The notes below the pieces were generated by a model. The model did no database searches. It was not told where the DNA came from and saw only the letters and a program-made list of their open reading frames with translations. From Octopus sinensis (taxonomy: Eukaryota), in contig NW_021824954.1 of assembly GCF_006345805.1 (NCBI RefSeq), positions 310,001-374,000 on the forward strand: 64,000 bases of DNA, in the 5' to 3' direction. Made by a program: the position numbers and the translations under genes. Positions 24,640 through 36,399 of the stretch are shown here, piece by piece (the first letter of the stretch is position 1; each line of letters starts with the position of its first letter).

Positions 24640-26270
24640 ATAGGTGGTTAGAAAAGCAACGAAGAAATGTTTGGTAGCTTCCCACAGCTTTAAATAGCTT
24701 TCGGAAATTTCTTTTTGTAGCCAGAATTCCTGGTATGAGTTTTTGAAGAGGGGATTTAATTCAAAGTCGTTTTGTAAAGTAATTAACTCCTCTTGTATCT
24801 CAGAGTCAGCTTCATTTGTATAATCGTCAATAAACGGGTTTATCAACCAGTCAGGGATTTCCATACTAATGAGGTCTTGACATCTACAGCTCATGTCGTT
24901 ATGCAAAGACTTCAAATGGTCACAATAAATGAAGAGGTCATCATCTGATATAGAGATATCAGCCTCATGATTGTTTTCTAGTTGAGCAAGATTTGGAAAT
25001 TGACATAGCTCCCGACAACTTTTATGCCTAAAGAGTGAAAACTTGTCCATGAATGCGCAAATAACAGATTTTGCTTTGATAAGATTTACATGACTGTCGT
25101 GCAATTGTAAATTCAGATCATTGAATATATTGAATAAATTTGCAAGTTAAGAGATCTTCACTCAAATTATCATATTTTTTCTCCTGAAAAAATTGTGTTG
25201 AAAAGTGAATAAAATCGCTTCAAATACTTGCTTCTCGATAATCATCAGTATGTAAAAGAAGACGATCAAATTCTTCATCGTTGTTGTTGTAGAGTTGTCG
25301 AAATATTCAGGAATTAAGGGAAGACATTCTATTTTATTTATTGCTGTGATAACAATATCAAGCGATTTATGAAGCTGATCGCTCAAGCATCTTGCAACTA
25401 GATATTGATGATAAATTACGCAATGTGTTATAAATACATTGGGTAGAGCCTTCTTTAAAAATGTAAAAAACACCCACCTCTGTACCGCCCTATCAATGCT
25501 GGAGCAACGTCTGTTGCACACGCAAATATATTATTCATAGGGATTTCTTTTTCTTTGAAAATTTGTTCAACTATAGTAAAAATGGATTCATCTTTGGTGT
25601 CTGTTTTAAGTTTCTTTGCAAACAATAATTCTTGCACAATTTTCTGATCTTTAATAAAGCGAACTTATCCAAAAAGCAGTGCTTCGTTGTCTGGGAGAGT
25701 CGACTCGTCCAATTGTAAACTAAATTATTGACTTTTAAGTTTTGTAAATAACATTTCTTCAATGTCCTTAACCATCTCATCAATTCTTCTTTCCAAAGAA
25801 TTATTATTAAGTGGAATCGTTCTGATAATTCCACTTGGGGAAGGATAATGTACTACTGTACGAAGAGCTTCCCCTATAGCTGGCAAAATGAGTTGTTCTC
25901 CGATTGTATGAGGTTTCCCTGATCTGGCAATCATCCTGGAGATATTGTATGCACAAACAAATCTATCATCGCATTTCTGTGATTGGTTTGTCGTAAGGTA
26001 GTGAATAGGATTTTCTGTTGCGAAATTTATCTCGTTGAATTTTAAAGTATGACAAATCTTTGTTTGCTTTATCAGGGAGTATTTTATTTAAATGATCGGA
26101 AAGCATGGATGGCTTCATGGATGGCTTCATTCGAAAAAGCTTTCTCGCAAAAAAGACGCATTGACTGTTGTTCGTTATTTGGAGCAATAATAAATCCAAA
26201 CTTCAAATATGCAACACCATACTGTCTACATTTTCGCTTTAATGAATTTCCTGACATGATTATAGGTGAA
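24640..26270 (-). pseudogene. Near full-length decayed hAT transposase of the Buster/Charlie (ZBED8/SCAND3-like) type
   Basis: BED-finger-like RQY..AYLKFGF..CEKAFSNEAMKPSMLSDHL; IARSGKPHTIGEQLILPA; PLNNNSLERRIDEM; LDES; ACATDVAPA; HCVIYHQYL; EIPDWLINPF; FFVAFLTTYM (dimerisation domain). Many frameshifts; TIRs not found. Confidence 0.9.
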
Positions 26271-26892
26271 CTCACGCACTGAAAAAGAGTAAAAAGAAAA
26301 AAAAAGAGTAAAAAGAAAAAAAAAATACCAATAATGCCAACAACCACTATTAACTCTTCAAGAAGTATTGAGGTACAGGGGTGCTTTTGCTTTTTTTCAT
26401 GAAATAATAGTACTTTTTTGAAACAATAAACCTTTTATGACTGAAAGACCAGTTGTTAATTGAAACCTTTACAATAATTTTTACTACTAAATCAGCTGTT
26501 TCACCATTGTAAGTGTGCACCTATGTAGTCTAAGTAGCATCTCGATAAGTATGGTTAGCGGTGGAAGCACATTAATCTATTTAAAAGAAATTAGTTGAGT
26601 GGCAATAAATATTTGAGACACAAATGAAAGTATATGATAGAGACCCACGGACTTAACGCACGGCAGGGTCACAATAAGCAAGGTGCTAAGTAACCATTTC
26701 TCTATCAGATTTCTCCTATTAAGTTTCATGATTATAACTGAAGTATGAAAAAATAATGGAAAATAAATAATCAGCGGTGGTGCCCCAGCATGGCCGCGAC
26801 CTTCGGGCTAAAACATTTTAAAGGATTTAAGGATCTAAGGATTTAAGAAAAATTTTAAAGCAAAATCACAATATTTAAATAATTCACCGAAT

Positions 26893-26959
<67 letters not shown>

Positions 26960-27199
26960 GAATTTGTTACACTTAAAAAAAGTTCTCAAAATTTATTCTT
27001 AGCCGGATATAATACATGTGGAAATTAATTCGGTACTCCGATAAATAAATAGCAGATGAAAATAAATAAAATAAATGAAAATAAGATAATAACTGTTATC
27101 TTTTTTTCAAAAATACTTATTAATTCTTATAGTAAACTTATTATTTAAAAATAAATTGATCATTTTCCAGAGTTTCATGGTAGTAACTAGATTGGATTT

Positions 27200-27600
27200 A
27201 ACGAAGGCTATACTTTTGTAATCCAAGTGCAGGAGATGGTTAGAAAATATCTAATGAACTAAACAGACACCGAAGCTTTGAAACCCGAAAATGTTAACAA
27301 GGAAGTCTTATGTGGAGACATTACCCATTGCACCAAAATGTCATCAAGAGACTACCTCCCATTGCAACATGATGTTGCTAAAACATTAGATAATGTTATT
27401 AATAGGAAAGACATCCTTAAGATAGATATAGACAATATTTCTGTTATTGAGTATATAGATATGTACCAATACAAGGAGTATTGCTAAAACATTCCTATCA
27501 AAAACATTCTCATCAAAATTTCTACAAAGTGCAAATTTCACGTCTATATCAATAATTATTGGTGCACTTAGCTATGATAGTAAATGTTTAATCTGGAAAA
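27200..27600 (+). mobile_element. Degenerate R4/Dong-like fragment related to 5770-7385
   Basis: LCGDITHCTKMSSRDYLPLQHDVAKT parallels RLCG..ISHIVSNCPKMSLRYYLPMRYDVVART; IIGALSY follows. Confidence 0.6.
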
Positions 27601-29416
27601 ATTAAAATATTCAGGCAAAGAAAGATATAAGCAAACACGCACTTTATATATACAACTTGTAAGCGGAACAGTAAAATACACAAGACTTTACTGAAGTTCA
27701 ACATGTAACATGTATTAGTGTTGTTATTTAAATATCAAAGATGGAGCGTTGTTTCTCTGTTAGAAACCAGCTCCTTTGTGGAGAGAATTCAAATAACTAG
27801 AAAAAGTAAGGCATACGCACATATATATAGATGTATGTATGTACGTACATACATACATACATATACATACATACATACATACATGCATGCATGCATACAT
27901 ACACACAAATATCATGCAGGCTTGCTATATATACGAGCAATCTCTATACGTGTAAGGGTAGCAGAAACACACGTTGAAGAATCAGGAATTTCGTTGCAAG
28001 TCATCTTATCAAATTAAAGACGTCCAATAACTATTTCCATCTTGATACAGTTGCCTCTATGGAGATTTTCTCCCTTTGCAGCTGCTTGTTATAACAAAAC
28101 AAAAAAAGAGAGTTGGGGAGGATTGGTTATATTCTCGAGTGTTCACCAACAAAAAGCAAATTTGTAAATAAAAATAAACTCAAATATATGAATACTATTC
28201 CTTCTTTGTTTGATGACTAAAAACATCTCATACTAACACCATTGGACTCAATAATAAACAACTTCACACATAAATATTATATTCATGTGACATCTGATAG
28301 CATTGGGCCCGGACTAATTTGAATAGAATTTGAGCTGGATTAATTTGAATGGAATTTGATCAGGAATAATGCACCAAATAATTATAATGTATCAACTGGA
28401 AATTGAGAACAAACAAGCTATGAAACATCACTGAAAATAAACATAGCAAAAAAAAAAGACCAAACAAAAAACAAAAACGAAACAAAACCAAAAAACCGGC
28501 TTTGAACAATAAAATATATAAGTATATCTCGTAATTTTATTGTGAATATAGCTACAGCCGTAGTAGTTCCGAATATTTATGACCCAACGAGAGAGCTTTT
28601 AAATACACATTCGAACTCCTCATTTGATCGACTGCATTACTTGCTTGATACTTAGAATATCAATCTTAGCGGCACAAAAGGTTATGGCGATTTGGGCGTA
28701 GAATGATGCGACAAAATACTTTAAGCTGTTTTCTCTGATGCCCTACTGATTCTGTCAAAGTACCCTTGTTTTGATAGGTATAGTGAGGAAGAGTCGATTT
28801 AATACGTGATAGGATTACAGACCGTAGCAGAATTTGAGAAAATATAATGAGAATAAAGACTTTTATGATATCTGTCAGTCATCTGCACCTCTATGCGCAG
28901 ACCTGTCCAGGCCCTTTTATGTGGAAGACTAGAATGCGAATTTTTTCTCTCCCCACCACTGACTTTGTTCAAGGGCAAAACAGTCTTAATGCCGATACAG
29001 TTTGACGTCGTTGTCATGATAGGTGTGGCTGTCAGGATGCGAAGAGGTCGAGACAAGTACAACAAGATATTTCGTTCGATGTTCTAAGAGTTCCGCTCAT
29101 CCAGCCGCTGGATTGATAATTTCTTTTATCGACCCTCGACGGGACTTGAACTAAGTGAGTGCAGGGATCCAGAACAAGTCGACTTGCTAGAAATAGCAAC
29201 CAGTTCTCTTTAGCAACACAGTCCGCTAATAATATTGATACTATTACACACTCACACACGCACACAAACACTCATACACATACACACTCACGCATACATA
29301 TATATTTAAAAATCTTTAAATCATTATGATTTCTCGTTATAATTTTGAAATGTTCTTAATATTTTTGGGCTGCAATTGTCCAATGTTTCATTCTTCTTAT
29401 TTAATAAGTAAGCTTT

Positions 29417-30242
29417 TGTCTAATGCTGGTTTTAATTTAAAATGACTCTGAGGTTTTCATTTCCCTGCCTCTAAGGGAAAAAGAAGTATAAGAAAATCGA
29501 TCGAATATAATTCCTAAAGGTTTTAAATGAATATAGACGAATTAATTTCATGATCTCAAGTTATGTTGTACTGAGGAGCCCATAAGAAGGGCGAAATGGC
29601 GCCATCTACAAAAAGAATAAAATAAAAGGATCATATGGAAATATTATTTCTTATGCTCTCTCACCCAAGAAAACAACCTCTCATAATAATTATAATAAAA
29701 ATCATAAACCCTCTTCTCTTCAATGAAATCTTCACCTTCTCTACTATCTTTCAGTAAACTGTCTCTCCTTTCTTGCTCCGGAAGCAATTGTAGGTGGCAA
29801 CAGCAACAGTTCTCAGTCAAATTTCCGACGCATATATATATGTATCAGGAACGTACCACCTGGGTAGGCAAGGTAGTCAGTGCCTACCCTGAATAAAATA
29901 GATCGATAGTAATATTTTCCTTTTATGGCAAAATATGCACCTAATTCAATAAAATTATGGAGTAACCTTCATAATTTTATTGAATTAGGTGCATATTTGC
30001 CACCTACAATTGCTTCCGGAGCAAGAAAAGAGAGACAGTTTACTGAAAGATAGTAGAGAAGGTGAAGATTTCATTGAAGAGAAGAGTACAACATAACTTG
30101 AGATCATGAAATTAATTCGTCTATATTCGTTTAAAACCTTTAGGAATTATATTCGATCGATTTTCTTATACTTCTTTTTCCCTTACAGAGGCAGGGAAAT
30201 GAAAACCTCAGAGTCATTTTAAATTAAAACCAGCATTAGACA
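29417..30242. repeat. Large interrupted palindrome centred on loop GAGTAACCTT (29960-29969)
   Basis: Perfect 29-bp core stem 29931-29959/29970-29998. The right arm 29999-30242 is the reverse complement of 29711-29799 plus 29417-29572. Confidence 0.9.
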
Positions 30243-30780
30243 CATCAGTAATTGCTTAGGGTAAGCAGTTGGTGACGTTTATGTAATAAAACGCAAAAAA
30301 ATAAGCGAAACACAGGCGCATGACTGAGTTGGAGACAGAATTACTTCTGCCTTTATGGCGCATATGTTGTTGTAAGAATGTACGCAGCACCTGTACTACA
30401 GTCGTACTATACGTAATTTTAATACTGAAACTGAAAGGCAGGGACAAATTATGGCTACCTAATCTACAAAAATTAGGATATTTTGCATTTTATGCATAGT
30501 TATCAGAGTAACCTTTGATAACTATGCATAAAATGCAAAATATCCTAATTTTTGTAGATTAGGTAGCCATAATTTGTCCCTGCCTTTCAGTTTCAGTATT
30601 AAAATTACGTATAGTACGACTGTAGTACACGTGCTGCGTACATTCTTACAACAACGTATGCGCCATAAAGGCAGAAGTAATTCTGTCTCCAACTCAGTCA
30701 TGCGCCTGTGTTTCGCTTATTTTTTTGCGTTTTATTACATAAACGTCACCAACTGCTTACCCTAAGCAATTACTGATGTG
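30241..30780. repeat. 265-bp-arm near-perfect palindrome centred on loop GAGTAACCTT (30506-30515)
   Basis: 30241-30505 versus 30516-30780; two mismatches seen by eye. Confidence 0.95.
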
Positions 30781-31082
30781 CCTTATATATATACTCTGAG
30801 TTTCCCGGCAACGGGAAACTCAGAGTAACAGGTTTTGTTGAATTTTCTGTTGCTTTAAATAAAGTATATATATATATATACCGCACGCTAGGAGGGACTT
30901 TTGCAGTCAAAACTACTAAAATAAACAAATTATACCGAATGCAAAACTTTAAAGCGAGTCATTTAAAAACAGAATTTAGTTACATATCACCTGTGATTTC
31001 GCAATCAATGCAGAATATGCATTCTATGCTCTTCAGTGCAACGAACTCAAGACATGTAAGAAAAAACACAGCATATATATAT

Positions 31083-31139
<57 letters not shown>

Positions 31140-31369
31140 GATGTATGTATATAAATAAATATATATGTATACATACATGTGTGTGGCGTGAGCGTGAATG
31201 AATGCCTGTCAGTCTGTATGTATGTATGTACGTTCTGGACCAGTTCTATATGGTTCAAAGCGTACTTAAATTTTCCTGTCAATGACTTCATTTCAGATTC
31301 ATAAGAGTATCTTTCAAGGCGGTGGTTCCCATTATCTTCGCTGCTGTTACCGCAACAAATCAGATTTTT

Positions 31370-31505
31370 GCAAGCCTAGGTTGTTAGCCCTGTACTCAAT
31401 CCTCAGCCTGAAGAGCCAATAGATAGTTGCTTATCAGACCTCAACCTTTTGACCTATCTACCTTGGGCGGCTTTAGTGGAAACCAAGCTACCACCGGCAG
31501 CTGAA
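31370..31505 (-). mobile_element. Possible RTE-type LINE 5' UTR fragment
   Basis: Reverse strand CTGCCGGTGGTAGC..GGGCTAACAACC resembles RTE 5' UTR motifs. Short and diverged. Confidence 0.35.
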
Positions 31506-31673
31506 ATAATAGCAGAATGATTGGAAATGTTTTGCTCCGTGGATTTTGAAATATGTAAAATAATTTGGAATGTCCTTAATTGCATGGTTCAAGTATTCAT
31601 CTGAGAAAACAGTTTCTATATAATGATATAATGAACTCATATATATATACGTATATATACATACATATATATA

Positions 31674-31739
<66 letters not shown>

Positions 31740-31746
31740 CGTATAT

Positions 31747-31803
<57 letters not shown>

Positions 31804-31821
31804 AACATGCAGATATACATA

Positions 31822-32170
31822 TCTATATATATAAAACTGAGAATGTGAGTCTGTCTGTCTGTGTGCTTCCCTAAAACTTGAGAACTACACAACCAATTTC
31901 ATTCAAATTTTATACATGCCTTACTTTTTCCCTAGGGCGAGCCCACAGCAATATCATATCTTCTCCACGACGATTCCCTAAAACTTGAGAACTACACAAC
32001 CAATTTCATTCAAATTTTACACACGCCTTACTTAGGTTCCATGTAGTTTTATGGGAAAAAATGTTCAACTTCTTGCGCAGGGCGAGCCCATAGCAATAGC
32101 ATATCTTCTCCACTATTTCAGTATTACGTGTTAAAAGTGAAACAAAAACATTTCTCTATTTTTTGTCAGA
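31822..32170 (+). mobile_element. Non-autonomous Helitron/DINE-1-like element, 5' part with an internal ~110-bp duplication
   Basis: TCTATATATATAAAACTGAG start followed by (CTGT)n; same family as 49690-49920. Confidence 0.65.
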
Positions 32171-32929
32171 TACTTAAACTTTGACAATAAAAATTAGAGA
32201 TAATAATAACAATTGAATTATATGTAGTAAGTAATAATTAAAATCAAACTAAAGTATAATATAATCGTAACATGACAAAAGTAAAAATAGCAATTGGTAT
32301 AAAATTGCATCAATGACTTGAACTTGAATAAGTGGTTTCACATGAATGGGAATAAATTAAAAATAAAATTAGTGTGCAGAAATGGAATAGTCCAGATGGA
32401 GCTGTGCACATACCGTTTACCACGGCTTTTACATTAGATTATCTGCTAATTAGCTAACATTAAGTATCTATATGAAGTTTGGCTGTATGTAATGTCTGTT
32501 TTCTCGAACAGCCGCTTCTACTGAGTACTTATACATAAAGGACTATAGCTTCAACTGCGTACTGCTTTTTGATCCACCGTATTACTGTTTAACTATTGTT
32601 ATCATGTTTGTTGGTTCCTCGTAAAGGAAACGTTGTTGTGTTGCATTTGTTAAATAATTGTAAACTGTAATCCCCCTTTGGGAGAAGGAGCTTTGGTTAT
32701 TGTTTAAACATTGAATTGTGTCCCTGTTTGAGGAAATTGACAATATTTTCACCGTTTATACGGAAGCATTTTTGTTAGAATGCCTTCGATAGAAGAAAGT
32801 CCAAAAATGAATTTCTCTGCAGCCATCGGCGGGTGCGAACTCATTAAAATTCAAATGGAAGAAATACAAACCTATTTCGGATTGATCACCGACAAGGAGG
32901 ATAACACCACCAAACGAAATAAAAAATTA

Positions 32930-33290
32930 AATTAAAGAAAAGACTATTGTCTATAAAGTATACAATGTAGAGAAGAAAAAAGATTTGAACACATGGAGGA
33001 AAGCACCATCGAAAAGTGTCTTGGTGCGACTATGAAAGATATCTAACCAGAATGGGTAATTTTGCCACAATAGAAGCAAGGTTCGAGTCAACGGAGCGTG
33101 CAAGGGAGTACTCGACTCGAACCTTGCAAAGTGGAAATATTTTAGTTTTACCTTTATATCTGGGACGTAGGACGTCACGGATAAAAATAAAAAATGTCCC
33201 TCCAGAACTAGAGGTAGGCTGGATTGTAGCCACACTTCTATACAAGAGGGAGGACAAGATACAATTGATCGAAATTGCAAGAGACGGGCC
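32930..33290 (+). mobile_element. Isolated ORF1 fragment of a Tx1/L1-clade LINE
   Basis: TIVYKV..IEKCL..LPLYLGRRTSRIKIKNVP aligns with TIIYKI..IEKCL..LTPSYRGQKVTKITLNNVP at 56485-56811. Confidence 0.7.
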
Positions 33291-34162
33291 TACAATTCCA
33301 GTCTGTTATATATTTTTAGTATTGTTATCACAAGCGATATCAAGATATAACTTTGCATTTTGTATTTTATGTATAGATGTATATATATATATAGATGTAC
33401 ATGTAATATGTACACATATATACATACATATATACATGCACTAGCACTATGACCCGGCAACGACGGGTCATAATGCTATATATATACATGCAGAATGGAA
33501 AGAATAGTAAAGATAAATGAAGAGTACAAATATTTCATACCTAAAACAATGTTTGTTACATAACTTGTAACACTCATAAAAGCTGCTTACCTAGTCCTGA
33601 AGATTAGCTAAGCAGGCTTTATGAGTTACAAGTTATGCGCGCGTGCGTATGTGTGTGTGTGTGTGAGTGTGTGAGTGTGTGAGTGTGTGTATGTGTGTGT
33701 GTGTGTGTGTGTGTATGTGTGTATGTGTGCGTATCTTTGCGTGCATGTATACATTTGTCCCCGCTGTTTAGCTTCAGATAATGCTGATTCGGGAAGATTT
33801 GCGGTTCCGTGTTTTAATGCATCTAGACATTTATTGTCCAGTTTTCAAGAAGCTGCTATTCCTAGCACAGTGAACTAGCATGTAGAATATCCGTGTTACT
33901 CGTGGTGATGGTGATTGTCATATTAGCGGTAGTGGGACTGTAACCATGACGCAGTGTTGTTTGTAGCTGTTCCTGTTGTCGCCGTTGTATTAAATGGAAA
34001 ATAACGAGAAACCGAACAGATGTCGTTGACGCTCAATATATATTTTTCATGTCACGTTAATTCTACATCGATTAATTCGTAGCATAACTTGTAGTCTCAC
34101 AATAAGATATATGCAGACACAAGCACACATACACACACACACGCACACACACACACACACGC

Positions 34163-34200
<38 letters not shown>

Positions 34201-34247
34201 ACACACACACACGCACACACATACACACACACAACACACACACAAAC

Positions 34248-34288
<41 letters not shown>

Positions 34289-34382
34289 AACATACATTTA
34301 TATTCATATATATGAAATATGTATGCACATATGTGCATATATAAATACATATGTATCGTGTTTGTGTGTGTGTGTGTATGTA

Positions 34383-35917
34383 CAGCCTTGGCCAAACGTA
34401 TTATGCCACCCCAATGTTTTGGGATTCTGCTTTCTCAATGGTAATGAAACTCGTGCATATGGTAGATTATGATATATTTCATAATATACATTAGTTTTAA
34501 TATCTGGTTGACCCTCCTTTAGCATCAATTACTGCTTTTATACTGTACATATGCAACCATATGAGTAAGAGCAATGTCCAAAATTAATTTGTTTTCTTGA
34601 TTATATCAGAGTTTTATGCTAAAATACGTTGTAGATACAGTTAATAAGCAGTAAACTGCCTAAAACAAGGGAATTGAGTGAGTGTGAGCGAAGTGAAATC
34701 GTAGCTCATCATGAAGAGGGAATGTCTCAAAGGCAAATTGATGAAATGCTCTCGATGTGCGGTGCAAACGACTCTCAAGCGCTTCATTGAGACGAAAAAG
34801 ATCTGAAAACAATACAAAGAACAGGTAGAAAAAAAGGTTACATCACCTCGTGATGACAGATCCATCATCCGTCGGTCGCTCAGAAACAGGAGAAAAACAT
34901 TGTCGGAGCTCTGTGCGGACTTCAACAAGGCAAGTACTTCACAAATATCAACTAGAACTGTTAGAAGAAGGGATGTAGAGTACGGCCTGAAAGGCTGTAA
35001 AGCCAGGAAGAAGCCATGGGTTTCTAAAGCGAATATGGAAAAATGTCTTCAGTGGACCAAAAACCACTCAAATTGGACCAGTGAGCAATGGTCGAAAGTC
35101 ATAATGTCTGCTGAAAGTAACTATGAAGTAAGATAGTACATGTATTCAATCAACATATAAGCTTAAAGTAACTGGTTTGTTGCTCAAAATATATAAAAAA
35201 TTATCCAACATAATGTTAATATTATTTTTCATGTTTTTACTCAAGTTTTTGGCACAACTGGTGCAACTTTTGTGCATCACAGAGTTGGGGAAGAATTTAA
35301 AGTAGAATGTCTGGTACCAACAGTAAAACATGGGGGTGGTTCCATCATGGTGTGGGCCTGCATGTCTGCCACAGGACCTGGAGAAATGTTTTTTATGTCA
35401 GGAAAGGATGAATTCAGCTACAATTCTTTCTATGTTATCGGATGTTTTAGAGCCATCAAGTGCTAAATTGCATCCAGGAGTGTCGAAATACTGTTATTTT
35501 TCAACAGGACAACGCTCCATGTCATACAGCAAAGAATACTCGTCAATGGTTTGAGACATAGGGTATTGATCCCATGGACTGGCCAGCTCAAAGTCCAGTT
35601 CTTAATCCGATCGGACATCTATGGGGAACTCTTGGTGAAGCTATCAGAAACGCAACAATTAAAAATAAAGAGCATTTGTACTAAAAGTTGAGAGAAGAAT
35701 GGAGTAAAATTGTGCCTAGCACCTGCAAGAAACTAGTTTATTCAATGCCTAACCGTATAAAAGCGGTACTTAATGCTAATGGAGGGTCAACCAGATATTA
35801 AAACTAATGTATATTGTGAAATATACCATAGTCTACCATGTGCACGAGTTTCATTAACATTAAGATAGCAGAACTCCAAAACATTGGTGGGTAGCCTAAT
35901 ACTTTTTACCAAGGCTG
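34383..35917 (+). mobile_element. Full-length decayed Tc1 (DD34E-type) transposon with TIRs, TA TSD and an apparent intron
   Basis: TA|CAGCCTTGGCCAAACGTATT..AATACTTTTTACCAAGGCTG|TA. Peptides PKTRELSECERSEIV, RKKPW, VPTVKHGGGSIMVW, FQQDNAPCHTA, WPAQSPVLNPI, SMPNRIKAVLNANGGSTRY*; 34 residues between the second D and the E position. Confidence 0.92.
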
Positions 35918-35967
<50 letters not shown>

Positions 35968-35968
<1 letters not shown>

Positions 35969-36332
35969 CGTGGCTCTATATAGTGAAGGCGCGTGGCTCT
36001 ATATGTGAAGGCGCGTGGCTCAGTGGTTAGAGCGTCGAGCTTACGATCGTGAGGTTGTGACATCGAGTCCCGGACCGGGCTGCGTGTTGTGTTCTTGAGC
36101 AAGACACTTTATTTCACGTTGCTCCTGTTCACTCAGCTGTAGAAATGAGTTGCGACGTCACAGGTGCCAAGCTGTATCGGCCCTTGCCTTTCCCTTGGAC
36201 AACATCGGTGACGTGGAGAGGGGAGGCCGGTATGCATGATCTTCCATAAAACAACCTTGCCCAGACTTGTGCCTCAGAGGGTAACTCTCTAGGTGCAAAC
36301 CCATGGTCAGTGTCTGACCGAAAGGGGTCATC
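35968..36332 (+). mobile_element. tRNA-derived SINE family C (Meta/CORE-like central domain)
   Basis: A-box TGGCTCAGTGG, B-box-like ATCGAGTCC, central TTGAGCAAGACACTTTATTTCACGTTGCTCC..CACTCAGCTG. Confidence 0.8.
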
Positions 36333-36356
36333 TTATATATAGAGCACGTGAGTCTT

Positions 36357-36399
<43 letters not shown>

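Noticed and set aside
28800-29090. Possible exon or LTR-retrotransposon RNase H fragment (SAPLCADLSRPFYVED)
   Set aside because: Similarity is too short and stops follow; no supporting motifs or splice context.
33770-34010. Unique-looking, GC-richer stretch as a possible host exon
   Set aside because: All frames are short and no recognisable domain; cannot be supported without RNA data.
36010-36080. tRNA gene
   Set aside because: Has A/B boxes, but the acceptor and T stems do not close and it continues into a SINE body.
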